Source of the DNA: a virus
DNA length: 64,000 nt
Direction: 5' to 3' (one strand)
IMG/VR virus record: IMGVR_UViG_3300021406_000010
Coordinates: 102,489 to 166,488 of that record
Part shown: piece after piece, positions 39,581 to 48,007 of the stretch
Position numbering within the stretch: the stretch's first letter is position 1
Layout: each line of letters starts with the position of its first letter
Made by a program: the position numbers and the translations under genes
Notes under the pieces: model-generated
What the model was told of the DNA's origin: nothing
Databases searched by the model: none
The model's input: the letters and a program-made list of their open reading frames with translations, nothing else

Positions 39581-40178
39581 TGCCCAGTGCAGAACGGAGC
39601 ACGGCCAGTGCAGTGCCAGTGCAGTTGAAAGTGCAGAACTAGATGTCGAATAAACGATCCTGGCTGCGGATAGTGCACAAGTGCAGATCGAAGCCTGTTT
39701 CCGGCAACGCGGAGCGTCCTGCCCACCGCCGTCCACAGGGTGTGGATAACTTGCTAACGCTAGCTAGCAAAGCGCTAGCCATAATGATAGACGTCCCCGC
39801 GTAGGCTCTCCCGTGGACGACCAGGCCCATGCGCGTGGACGCCTGGCCGGCTCAGCGAGGAGGGCGGCCTGGGGAGATCGCGCGGGGCAACATGGCGAAA
39901 GCATCTGCACTTGTGCACTTTCCGCAGGTCAGGGGCACTTTCGATCTGCACTCAGATCTGCACTCAGATCTGCACTGGCGCTCCGGGGATGTGCACTGGG
40001 GTTCCCCGCGTAGGACTGCCCAGGACCAAGAACATAAAGCTAATGATAATAATTTAAAAGTTGTAGTAGTAGTTAGTTATTAGTAGTTGTATAGAGGCTG
40101 TTTGTTCGACTTCACGCGCACTTAGTAGGCTAACTTGTTACTAGCGGGTAACCTACGCTGCCGTAACTAGCGCTGACG
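39581..40178. other. origin-like iteron element B (inverted homolog of A)
   Basis: AGTGCA arm 39586-39686, TGCACT arm 39906-39997, AT-rich TAG tract about 40030-40092. Confidence 0.6.
39729..39749. promoter_or_regulatory. DnaA-box pair
   Basis: CCGTCCACA-GGG-TGTGGATAA; second box is the perfect complement of TTATCCACA. Confidence 0.6.
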
Positions 40179-40180
40179 GC

Positions 40181-40405
40181 TCACTCCCCCGGCGGGGAAG
40201 CCTCCACGCGTTCGGCTTGCCCTTGCGCCGTTTCAACGCTGGCGAGCAGCAGCGGCACGTCGCAGTCGTACAGCTCCACCAGGTGGCCCACGTCCGGGTG
40301 AGATCCCCAAACAAGGAAGGGCACCCGCTGCTGGACGTCCTCTAGCGCGCTAGCGGGAAGCGATAGCTGGTACCAGCACCGCCGGACTGACCGGGACGCG
40401 ATCAC
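40181..40405 (-). CDS. hypothetical protein
   Basis: GTGA-coupled to upstream ORF. Confidence 0.45.
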   Translation of the reverse strand: MIASRSVRRCWYQLSLPASALEDVQQRVPFLVWGSHPDVGHLVELYDCDVPLLLASVETAQGQAERVEASPPGE

Positions 40406-40641
40406 TCCGGCCACGCCTTCAGCGCCAGTCTCACCTGCGGGTCGCCGTCACCGAGGACCTCCAGGAGCTGCGCCCGGAGCGGTAGCGGGGCCAGCCCCCC
40501 GCCATGGAGGGCGACCTGGTCCCGGAGCGCCTCGATGATGGCGGCCCTGGCGGTCTTCGCTCCGAGGGTGTCCCCGGTGACGCGCTCCCTGGCCAGCCCC
40601 AGGGCGGCGGTGACGACGGCGGCTGCCTCCTGCTGGTCCAT
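40402..40641 (-). CDS. hypothetical protein (leaderless)
   Basis: TAGAAT-6nt-ATG. Confidence 0.6.
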   Translation of the reverse strand: MDQQEAAAVVTAALGLARERVTGDTLGAKTARAAIIEALRDQVALHGGGLAPLPLRAQLLEVLGDGDPQVRLALKAWPE

Positions 40642-40742
40642 GTCCCTATTCTAGCCGCGCGGTCTTTTGCCTGATTGCGGGCTTTATTGCTATGCTGGCA
40701 CGCGATGCACCAGGGCAAGACACCAGCGACGAGAGGGCATGC

Positions 40743-41561
40743 ATGAAGTACCTGCAGATCGAGCGCACCGAGCCGGATAGCGGCGGGCCGAAGCGCACCC
40801 CGCGTGAGGAGTTCCGCCCCCTGGTCCGGGCCGAGCACCTGGAGGCGCTGAACATCGGCGCCGAGCCGGAGCTCTACCCGGACACGTCCCCCTCGCAGGG
40901 CTTTCCGTGGGAGAGCGACCCTTCCATGTGCACCTGGTTCATCCAGACGCAGGTCGTGAAGGGCCTCCTGGAGCCGTTCGCGGTACTGGACGTCAAGGGC
41001 GACGGCGTATTCGCCTACCCGTACTCCCACAGGTACCTCCAGCTGGGCGACAAGCCGGATGACGGCGACCTGGCGCCTGGCAACGTGGACGCCAAGATGG
41101 CCGCGTTCATGCGGAAGTACTTCAAGGGCGCCGACCGGCCGCAGAACCCCGGCGGCACCTGCATCATGTCCGCGATCATGGCCGGGGACGCCCACTACCT
41201 GGGGACCGCCGAGGACCCGGGGGAGTACTTCAAGACCCCGTTCAAGGACCGCCCGCTGCGGATCCGCATCGGCCCTGGCGATGGGGCGCTGGAGGACCTC
41301 TCCCGCCTCATCGCCTACCTGGAGCAGGCGAAGCCCACCGATGAGGGGTACGGGCTGCACGGCGAGTGGCGCGAGGTCTGGGGCTTCCCCATCCTCGGCG
41401 AGGACGCGGACGGCAAGGCCAGCGAGGCCTACGAGCAGCTCCGGGAGGTGCAGGAGAAGCACCCGTGGGTGCACCCGTGGCTCTTCCAGGGCGTCCGGAG
41501 CGTTCCTGAGATCGTCGAGGACGTGGCGCTCGCCCTCGTCCCGCAGGACACCAGCGCGTAA
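40743..41561 (+). CDS. hypothetical protein
   Basis: 272 aa, strong GC3 bias, GAGAGG RBS, TTGCCT..TGC-TATGCT promoter upstream. Confidence 0.8.
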   Translation: MKYLQIERTEPDSGGPKRTPREEFRPLVRAEHLEALNIGAEPELYPDTSPSQGFPWESDPSMCTWFIQTQVVKGLLEPFAVLDVKGDGVFAYPYSHRYLQLGDKPDDGDLAPGNVDAKMAAFMRKYFKGADRPQNPGGTCIMSAIMAGDAHYLGTAEDPGEYFKTPFKDRPLRIRIGPGDGALEDLSRLIAYLEQAKPTDEGYGLHGEWREVWGFPILGEDADGKASEAYEQLREVQEKHPWVHPWLFQGVRSVPEIVEDVALALVPQDTSA

Positions 41562-41626
41562 TCGCCCTGAACGCGAGAGAAGACCGCTGGCATCCCGGGG
41601 GCTGCCAGCGGTCCTCTTGCTTCCCG

Positions 41627-41842
41627 TCAGGATCCGAAGTGATCGAACTCGCCGTTAACGGCGCCGCCGAGGAAGGCATGCCACTCGGCAGGGGTGAACC
41701 GGAGCACGGGGCCGGACGGGTCCTTGCTGTGCCGGACGCCGACCATCCCGCCCGGGAGGTCGGCGACTTCGGCGCAGGCGCCGTTGGAGAAGCTGAGCGA
41801 GCTCTTGACCCAGCGCGGGCCGGAATCATCGGTCTCAGGCAT
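41627..41842 (-). CDS. DUF397 domain protein
   Basis: WVKSSLS..NGACAEVA...VGVRHSKDPSGPVLRFTPAEW.AF. Confidence 0.9.
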   Translation of the reverse strand: MPETDDSGPRWVKSSLSFSNGACAEVADLPGGMVGVRHSKDPSGPVLRFTPAEWHAFLGGAVNGEFDHFGS

Positions 41843-41935
41843 GAGCGCTCCCCGTGAGGGTTTCGGCGGAAGTTGCCATGAACCCGATCATAGGAATAAT
41901 TGCCATCAGGCGCAGCTGAACGCGCCAGCCTGCAT

Positions 41936-42199
41936 TCACGTCGTCTCGTCCAGCGTGACCGCGAGCGGGATGCCGCACGGTCCCGGCGCGGCGTGCAGGT
42001 GCCTGACGACGTACGCGCTGGTTCCCCATTCCTCCTGGACCCGGCAGATAAGGCCCTCGGCCTCCAGGTAGTGCATGACCGTGATGACGCGCCCCCGGGG
42101 GAGGCCGGTCAGCGCCGCCGCCTCCGTGGCGCTGACGCGCCCGGTGCCGTGCCGTCGCAGCCACTCAAGGACCGTCGCCCTGTCCCTGCCCGCTCGCAT
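41936..42199 (-). CDS. winged-HTH protein
   Basis: SATEAAALTGLPRGRV...LEAEGLI. Confidence 0.65.
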   Translation of the reverse strand: MRAGRDRATVLEWLRRHGTGRVSATEAAALTGLPRGRVITVMHYLEAEGLICRVQEEWGTSAYVVRHLHAAPGPCGIPLAVTLDETT

Positions 42200-42683
42200 C
42201 GCCCTCCCTGTCCTCGGCCCTTCCGGGCGGCGAGATGAAGGCGTGGCACCAGCCGCAGTAGCCCTCGTCCACGTCCGGCGGGTGGTAGCTGACCTTGTGG
42301 CACTTCGGGCACCTGACCGAGCGGAGGGGCACCGCCCAGGCCGGGCTTCCCGGCTCGCCAGCCCCGCCCTGGAGGGACGGCCAGCCGAGCAGTTCCTCCA
42401 GGGCCTTCTCGATTCCCGGCATGATCGCCGCCACGGCCGCGTCAGTTTCGTCCAGCGTTCCATTGTCGGCCCTAGGCCACCCGTGGCGGGCGGCCAGGGC
42501 GGCTGTCTCTCCCGGGCGGTATCCGTGCAGGGCGATCCACATCCTCGGCACCGTCCAGGTCCCGGCCGGGGTGATCACCTCGATGCCCGGCGGCCGGTCC
42601 TGCAGCATCTCCTGGATGGCCTCCCAGGAATCGGTGGTGACCTGGTGAACCTGCCCGCACGGGCAGTCAGTTACCTCGTGCAT
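42165..42683 (-). CDS. hypothetical protein with Zn-ribbon
   Basis: CPCG..H; RCPKCHKVSYHP.D..EGYCG.CH. Confidence 0.65.
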   Translation of the reverse strand: MHEVTDCPCGQVHQVTTDSWEAIQEMLQDRPPGIEVITPAGTWTVPRMWIALHGYRPGETAALAARHGWPRADNGTLDETDAAVAAIMPGIEKALEELLGWPSLQGGAGEPGSPAWAVPLRSVRCPKCHKVSYHPPDVDEGYCGWCHAFISPPGRAEDREGDASGQGQGDGP

Positions 42684-43023
42684 GATTAGCCCCTTCCCCT
42701 GGGACCAGCGACTCGCCGGGGTAGAAGTACAGCCGCAGCATCAAGTCCAGCTCGCAGGCGTACTCCATGGAGCTCAGGCCGCCTTCGGCGTACCTGGACG
42801 AGGCGCTGTCGAACTTGTCCTTGAGCGCCGCCTTGGCCAGTGGCCGGGGAGGGGCCGCCCGCGCGGCCAGGACGGCGCGGACCTCCGGGATGCTGAACCG
42901 GCGGTGCCCGCCAGGAGTGACGTCAGACGGGATGATCCCGCTTCGGGCGTAGCCCCGGACCGTGGCGGCGCTCAGCGCGAGGTCGGCAGCCACGTCGGCC
43001 ACGGGGGAAGTTCGTGAAGCCAT
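42667..43023 (-). CDS. MerR/BldC-like HTH protein
   Basis: VAADLALSAATVRGYARSG.IP...TPGGHRRF; leaderless TATCAT-7nt-ATG. Confidence 0.75.
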   Translation of the reverse strand: MASRTSPVADVAADLALSAATVRGYARSGIIPSDVTPGGHRRFSIPEVRAVLAARAAPPRPLAKAALKDKFDSASSRYAEGGLSSMEYACELDLMLRLYFYPGESLVPGEGANHARGN

Positions 43024-43052
43024 GAGGATCATGATATCGCGCTTCCATCGCC

Positions 43053-43436
43053 TTACATGCAGGGGAGCACCGGCTCGTCGCCCAGCACCAGGACCCGCCC
43101 GCCCGACGGCTGGCGGGCGGCCATCAGGTCATCCCACTCGGAAGAGCGCATCCTGCGCCGTGGCCGTTCCTCCTGGCACGGCGGCTCCCCGGACCGCAGT
43201 CCCGCCATGAACCGCACGAGCTCCATGCCCTCCCGGTTGCCGCGCCGCTCATTGCACCACTTGTGCGCGGGGCGCAGGTTCTCCGGTGAGTCTGGCCCGC
43301 CGCGCGCCAGGGGGATGACGTGGTCGCGGGTGGCCCGCATCCGGTCGCGCTGCCCGTCCCGCCTGAAGTCAATTGGCCGCAGGCACAGCCAGCAGTCATC
43401 GCCGTAGAGCTCGCGAAGCTGCCGGATGCTGATCAT
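43053..43436 (-). CDS. HNH endonuclease
   Basis: CWLC...TRDHVIPLARGG.D..ENLRPAHKWCN. Confidence 0.85.
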   Translation of the reverse strand: MISIRQLRELYGDDCWLCLRPIDFRRDGQRDRMRATRDHVIPLARGGPDSPENLRPAHKWCNERRGNREGMELVRFMAGLRSGEPPCQEERPRRRMRSSEWDDLMAARQPSGGRVLVLGDEPVLPCM

Positions 43437-43442
43437 GACTTG

Positions 43443-43463
43443 AGTTTAGCAAGGAAAGCTGTA
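43443..43463 (-). promoter_or_regulatory. recurrent promoter motif (leaderless, drives HNH)
   Basis: TACAGCTTTCCTTGC-TAAACT-6nt-ATG. Confidence 0.8.
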
Positions 43464-43467
43464 ACAG

Positions 43468-43749
43468 TCAGCCCTGTTGCCTGCGCCGGGCAGGCTCCTG
43501 CCCTTGCGCCGGATGCAAAGAGCGAGAACGTAACCGCCGCCACATGCCTGTCACCCGCCACAGGGTGACCGCCGCCCGCCCCATCCGGTGCCCGCATAGC
43601 CAGCATCCCGCCCGGTCAGCGGCCCGCTCCGCCGCCAGCCGCAGCCGGGTGCGCCACGGCAGCGGAGTCATGAGCCGGGGATGGCCGCCCCGGGAAAGGG
43701 CCTTCTCGAGCCGGGCCTCGAGCTTGCGCAGCTCCTCGTCGCTGATCAC
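43468..43749 (-). CDS. hypothetical protein
   Basis: Coupled small ORF. Confidence 0.5.
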   Translation of the reverse strand: MISDEELRKLEARLEKALSRGGHPRLMTPLPWRTRLRLAAERAADRAGCWLCGHRMGRAAVTLWRVTGMWRRLRSRSLHPAQGQEPARRRQQG

Positions 43750-44027
43750 CGGGCCAGCACGTCCAGGGCCACTCTCACGGACTTGCGCACGTCATGCTCT
43801 TCCGGCGGCCAGGAGGCGTGCACCCGGCACCACCCCGGGCGTCCCCTCGCTCGCGGCAGCCCGCTGGTCACCATGATGGCGATGCGCGGGCGCCCGTGGT
43901 CGGCGAGCATTACCCAGTACCCCAGCTGGCCGGGAGGCTTCCCTCCGGCCGCCTCCTCCGCCTGGGCCAGTTCCAGCTCGTCCCCGACCCAGGCGCTCAC
44001 CTGCGCGTGCAGGTCGCCGCCGCTCAC
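43746..44027 (-). CDS. hypothetical protein
   Basis: GTGA coupling at both ends. Confidence 0.55.
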   Translation of the reverse strand: MSGGDLHAQVSAWVGDELELAQAEEAAGGKPPGQLGYWVMLADHGRPRIAIMVTSGLPRARGRPGWCRVHASWPPEEHDVRKSVRVALDVLAR

Positions 44028-44338
44028 CGGCCAGACCTCCCCAGCACCGTGCAGTCCCGGTGGGTGATCATGACTGCGTCCTCCTCGCGCTCCCCGCCCG
44101 TCACGTCGCAGTGATCGTGCCGGGTCATCTTCCATGACCCTGGCGGGCCGTCCGGGGAGACGATGACGTTCACCCCGAACAGGAACTCCCATGATGAGTA
44201 GCGGCGGGCGGGAACGTGGGTGCTGGCTGCGGCCAGGGCGTCGCAGACGTCCTGCGCGCACGTCAGCACCTTATGGCAGGGGGTGCCATAGTGCTCTCGC
44301 AGCAGCGCGAGGACCGGCTCCAGCTCCTGGGGCGTCAT
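44024..44338 (-). CDS. hypothetical protein
   Basis: ATGA coupling. Confidence 0.6.
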   Translation of the reverse strand: MTPQELEPVLALLREHYGTPCHKVLTCAQDVCDALAAASTHVPARRYSSWEFLFGVNVIVSPDGPPGSWKMTRHDHCDVTGGEREEDAVMITHRDCTVLGRSGR

Positions 44339-44649
44339 GCCCGCAGCCTCCCGTCAGCCAGAGCCCGATCCATGTCCCGGATGAGCGCCAGGCGCGTGAC
44401 GAACGGCCGAAACCGCAGCGTGATGTCCAGCACGTTTGCCTTCGCGGTGACCTGCAGCACGTTAGTCCTTGTCTTCCCGCTGGGGATGGAGCGGATCCAC
44501 CCGTGGCCCAGGATGCGGTTGAACTTGACCAGCACCTCGCGGTCCTTCTCGGTGACCACGATGATGATCGCGGCTCCCTTGAAGTGGTAGCTGCCCTTGG
44601 CGTCGAAGTACCCGGTCGCCCACCACAGGTCCTGGTCGGTGATCGTCAT
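44335..44649 (-). CDS. single-motif LAGLIDADG-like protein
   Basis: WATGYFDAKGS degenerate LAGLIDADG helix; EKDREVL..F..ILG.G.I. Confidence 0.6.
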   Translation of the reverse strand: MTITDQDLWWATGYFDAKGSYHFKGAAIIIVVTEKDREVLVKFNRILGHGWIRSIPSGKTRTNVLQVTAKANVLDITLRFRPFVTRLALIRDMDRALADGRLRA

Positions 44650-44969
44650 GCCGGCTGCTCCTCGTGGTGGGAAGGGTTAGCGCAGTACACCGAACAGCCT
44701 CCTGGGTGCCGGAGGTGCTCGCGAGGGCGCGCGCAGGCCTGGAAACCGGGCCGCTGCTCCCAGTCCCACCCGTGTACCATCGCCGCCGCCTCCGGCTCGG
44801 TGACCGGGTTGATCGCGGTGACGTGCGTATGGCCCAGCGCCTTCAGGTCGTGCTCCATGCCCGCGCGGCAGGTCGCCATGTGCCCGGACCATCCCTTGTG
44901 CGGCCCGTCGGGAACGAGGCGCAGCACGAAGCACCGGTGTCCGCAGAACTTGCAGTAGGACCCGGCCAT
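44646..44969 (-). CDS. Cys/His-rich hypothetical protein
   Basis: GSYCKFCGHRCFV...HMATC. Confidence 0.6.
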   Translation of the reverse strand: MAGSYCKFCGHRCFVLRLVPDGPHKGWSGHMATCRAGMEHDLKALGHTHVTAINPVTEPEAAAMVHGWDWEQRPGFQACARPREHLRHPGGCSVYCANPSHHEEQPA

Positions 44970-45163
44970 CAGGGGACTTCCTTCGGGTCCGGCATGCCAG
45001 GGCTGGTCTCCCATAGCCGGTTCTGGATGATCGACTCGGCCTCGTAGGCGGCACTTCCGATGTCGTCCCAGCCGCCAGAGGAACCGAACCCGATCTCCGT
45101 GAAGTCCTCCTCGTAATGGCCGCGCCGCTTGACGGAGAACTCGATGAGGTACATGTCGGACAT
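44969..45163 (-). CDS. hypothetical protein
   Basis: TGATG coupling. Confidence 0.6.
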   Translation of the reverse strand: MSDMYLIEFSVKRRGHYEEDFTEIGFGSSGGWDDIGSAAYEAESIIQNRLWETSPGMPDPKEVP

Positions 45164-45417
45164 CAGGGGACTTCCTCCCGTACGGTTACCGTCACGGCGC
45201 ACAGGTGCGGTTCGCGGCCCGTGGCGCAGTTATTGCAGGTAACAACGCTTTCCCCTAGCTCGGCTAGGTGCCAGGCGCAGATCCCGAGCCTGATCGCGTG
45301 CTCATGCACGCAGGCCGCCTCGATCAGCGTCACGGGATCTGTCATGCACGTGAATCCGTTCAGGGACCAGGTGCAGAACAGGACGGCGTCCCCGGGCGGG
45401 ATGTCCTCCAGCCTCAT
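45163..45417 (-). CDS. Cys-rich hypothetical protein
   Basis: CVHEH...C..H...CNNC. Confidence 0.6.
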   Translation of the reverse strand: MRLEDIPPGDAVLFCTWSLNGFTCMTDPVTLIEAACVHEHAIRLGICAWHLAELGESVVTCNNCATGREPHLCAVTVTVREEVP

Positions 45418-45468
45418 CGCGCGCTCCCTGGACGGAAGGGCGGCCTGTCAGCGGCGGCCATCGGCATG

Positions 45469-45666
45469 TCAGGCGTCCTTCACGTCGGCCGGGTAGGCCC
45501 AGGAGGCGAAGGTGCACTCGGCCTCGGCCCTGGCCATGCGGCCCAGGGCATCCTTGCGCTGGGCCGCGCTCATCGCCTCCCACTCGGCGCGCGGGACGAC
45601 CTCGATCCGCTCGCTCCGGCGGGCCTCCCCGTGCCCGACGATGATCCGCACTACGTCCCCGGTCAC
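45469..45666 (-). CDS. hypothetical protein
   Basis: AGGAG RBS, GTGA coupling. Confidence 0.5.
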   Translation of the reverse strand: MTGDVVRIIVGHGEARRSERIEVVPRAEWEAMSAAQRKDALGRMARAEAECTFASWAYPADVKDA

Positions 45667-45905
45667 GATGCCGCGCTCCTTTCCTGTAGGGCCTCGCAGG
45701 TCCTGCTGTGCTCGCTCAGCCAGTGGACCCCGGGCGTCCCGTTCGGGACGGCCACCATGCCATGTCCCTGGCAGTGATCGCAGGAATCGCAGCAGAACGG
45801 CCTGACCCCGTTGGTCAGCCGCTCGCACCCCGGAGACTGGCACTTGTGCAGGTCCCCGGGAGGGCAGCCGAGCACCCGGCAGTCGTGGGCCCGGCCGCTC
45901 ACCAT
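45663..45905 (-). CDS. Cys-rich hypothetical protein
   Basis: 80 aa, multiple CxxC. Confidence 0.55.
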   Translation of the reverse strand: MVSGRAHDCRVLGCPPGDLHKCQSPGCERLTNGVRPFCCDSCDHCQGHGMVAVPNGTPGVHWLSEHSRTCEALQERSAAS

Positions 45906-46063
45906 GGCTCCGCGCCTCCCTGCAGGGGCCTGCCGTACAGCTGCTCGTACATCCGGGCGATGGTCATCCGGTCCTTCTCGCGGCTGCTGACGTAGTCCTC
46001 GGGCAGGTTGGTGATGAGGATCAGCGCGCTCTCCTCGGCCGTGCTCAGCTTTTCCGGCTCCAT
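45899..46063 (-). CDS. hypothetical protein
   Basis: MEPEKLSTAEESAL..., coupled. Confidence 0.5.
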   Translation of the reverse strand: MEPEKLSTAEESALILITNLPEDYVSSREKDRMTIARMYEQLYGRPLQGGAEPW

Positions 46064-46065
46064 GC

Positions 46066-46380
46066 TCAGCCCCTGAGCTCGTCGGGGCCGACCGGGATCC
46101 AGGCCGACTCGATGAACCGGACCTCGTAGGGCCAGGCGACGCTGTTCTCCGCCACGTGGCGGGCGATGTGCTCCTCGGAGTTGCACTGCGACTGGCCGAT
46201 GCCGCTGAAGCGGCGGCGGCCGTTGGCCTTCCTGCGGTTGACGAAAGCCGCGCCGCGCTCCGGGTGGACGGTCCACCAGCACCTCACGACGTGCCGGAAG
46301 TAGATCCCGCCGGCGGGAGCTGCCAGCTCGTCCAGGGAGATGAAGTTGAAGTCATCCTCGGGCAGCTTGTCGCTTGCCAT
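46066..46380 (-). CDS. hypothetical protein
   Basis: GGGAGG RBS, TGATG coupling. Confidence 0.6.
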   Translation of the reverse strand: MASDKLPEDDFNFISLDELAAPAGGIYFRHVVRCWWTVHPERGAAFVNRRKANGRRRFSGIGQSQCNSEEHIARHVAENSVAWPYEVRFIESAWIPVGPDELRG

Positions 46381-46562
46381 CAGAGAGTCCCTCCCGGGCA
46401 CAGCGCGACGTCGTCGAGCTGCCAGTTTCCGTCCCCGTGCACGACCGGCTCCAGCGCCCTGCGCATGTCCGCGTCGACCTGGGAGACCACCTCAAGGTCG
46501 GCGGTTCCCTCGGGGACCAGCACCCTGACGGCGACCACCACCATCTTCCGGTTCTTCGTCAT
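46380..46562 (-). CDS. hypothetical protein (leaderless)
   Basis: TGC-TATCAT-6nt-ATG. Confidence 0.65.
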   Translation of the reverse strand: MTKNRKMVVVAVRVLVPEGTADLEVVSQVDADMRRALEPVVHGDGNWQLDDVALCPGGTL

Positions 46563-46568
46563 GCCCCC

Positions 46569-46593
46569 ATGATAGCAAGGAAAGCTGTATAGT
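46569..46593. promoter_or_regulatory. bidirectional promoter motif
   Basis: ATGATA-GCAAGGAAAGCTG-TATAGT, back-to-back -10 hexamers. Confidence 0.75.
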
Positions 46594-46642
46594 AGAAGCA
46601 CGACGGGAAGCCCGGAAGGGGTGCCGGATAGCCGGGAAGGCG

Positions 46643-46783
46643 ATGAGCGTAATGCTCAGCATCAGGGAGTACATGGAGGCCAGCGCTGACCACCGGCCGC
46701 TGACCCCGCAGGAGCAGGCGGACGCGATCACGGGCAACACCGACCTGGAACAGGACCCTCAGGCGCTGCCGGTCCCCTGTTAG
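46643..46783 (+). CDS. small hypothetical protein
   Basis: 46 aa MSVMLSIREY..., GGGAAGG RBS. Confidence 0.45.
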   Translation: MSVMLSIREYMEASADHRPLTPQEQADAITGNTDLEQDPQALPVPC

Positions 46784-46830
46784 CAACCCTCCTTGCCAGC
46801 GCCCGCCTTTCCACGGTAGGCTTCCTGGCT

Positions 46831-47988
46831 ATGCCCGGAATGGACCCGAAGCTCCTGCAGGCAAGCCTCGACGCGGTGGCCGGGCGCGAGCGGGAGCTGG
46901 CCGAGTTCTTCTACGCCCGCCTGTTCCTCCTCGCCGTCAACCGCGACCAGCCTGAGGTCCAGGCCATGTTCCCGCTGGTGATGACCGCCCAGCGGGACCG
47001 CCTGCTGGGTGCCCTGGTGCAGGTCGTGCAGCTCGCCGCCAGCGGCGACACGGCCGCGCTGACCGCCCTGCTGGAGGACACGGGCCGCAGCCACCGGATG
47101 ATCGCCGCCCTGCGTCCCGAGCACTTCCCGCTGGTCGGCGAGGCCCTGCTCGCCACCCTCGCCGAGTACGCCGGGAAGGCCTGGACGGCCGAGGTGGCCG
47201 CCACCTGGAACGAGGCCTACGCCCTGGTGTCCTCCGTGATGGTCAAGGCGATGGAGGACGACGGGTCTCCCCGGTGGTGGGACGCGACGGTGATCTCCTC
47301 GCGGATGCTGTCGCGGGACGTCCTGGGCCTCCTGGTGCACCTCGGCCAGCCGATGGCGTGGGAGCCGGGCCAGTCGGTGAAGGCCGAGATCGACGGGCCG
47401 CCCGCGCCGTCCGTCCGCCGCTGGCTCACCCCCGTCAACGCCCCGCCCGGCGCGGGCGACCGGCTGGAGTTCCACGTCCGGGTCATCCCCTGGGGGGTGT
47501 TCGGTCCCGCCCTGGCAAGGGCGGCCAGGCAGGGCGCGGCGCTGAGGCTCAGCGCCCCCGGCGGGACGCTGCGGCTGGACGGGGAGTCATCCCGGCCGGT
47601 GCTCATGATCGCCGGGTCTACCGGGCTGTCGCCGATGCTGGCGATGCTGGAGGCCCTCGCCCGCCGCCCGGACCCGCCGGCGACGTCGCTGTACTTCGGG
47701 GCGCGCGACCCCGAGGGGCTTTACGCGGCCCCCGAGCTGGATGGCATGACCGCCTCGCGCCCGTGGCTGTCCGTCACGTACGCGGTGGAGGCCCCGGCGG
47801 GAAGCACCCCCGGGTACCAGGGGGCGCACGGCACCGTCACGAGCGCGGCAATGCGGGACGGCCGCGACTGGAGCGGCCATGACGTGTACGCGTGCGGGCC
47901 GCCGACCATGGTCCGGGCGGCCCTGGACCGCCTGGCCAGGGCAGGCGTCCCGCCGGGCCAGGTGCACGCCGAGGAGTTCCTGTCCTAG
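46831..47988 (+). CDS. flavohemoglobin-like protein (globin + FAD/NAD(P)-binding oxidoreductase)
   Basis: FYARLF..P..F.....QRDRL...LG/TGRSH..PEHFPLVGEAL globin; PGQSV, IAGSTGLSPM, LYFGAR, VYACGPP FNR motifs. Confidence 0.9.
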   Translation: MPGMDPKLLQASLDAVAGRERELAEFFYARLFLLAVNRDQPEVQAMFPLVMTAQRDRLLGALVQVVQLAASGDTAALTALLEDTGRSHRMIAALRPEHFPLVGEALLATLAEYAGKAWTAEVAATWNEAYALVSSVMVKAMEDDGSPRWWDATVISSRMLSRDVLGLLVHLGQPMAWEPGQSVKAEIDGPPAPSVRRWLTPVNAPPGAGDRLEFHVRVIPWGVFGPALARAARQGAALRLSAPGGTLRLDGESSRPVLMIAGSTGLSPMLAMLEALARRPDPPATSLYFGARDPEGLYAAPELDGMTASRPWLSVTYAVEAPAGSTPGYQGAHGTVTSAAMRDGRDWSGHDVYACGPPTMVRAALDRLARAGVPPGQVHAEEFLS

Positions 47989-48007
47989 CCACGAGAGGGA
48001 GGGGTCA

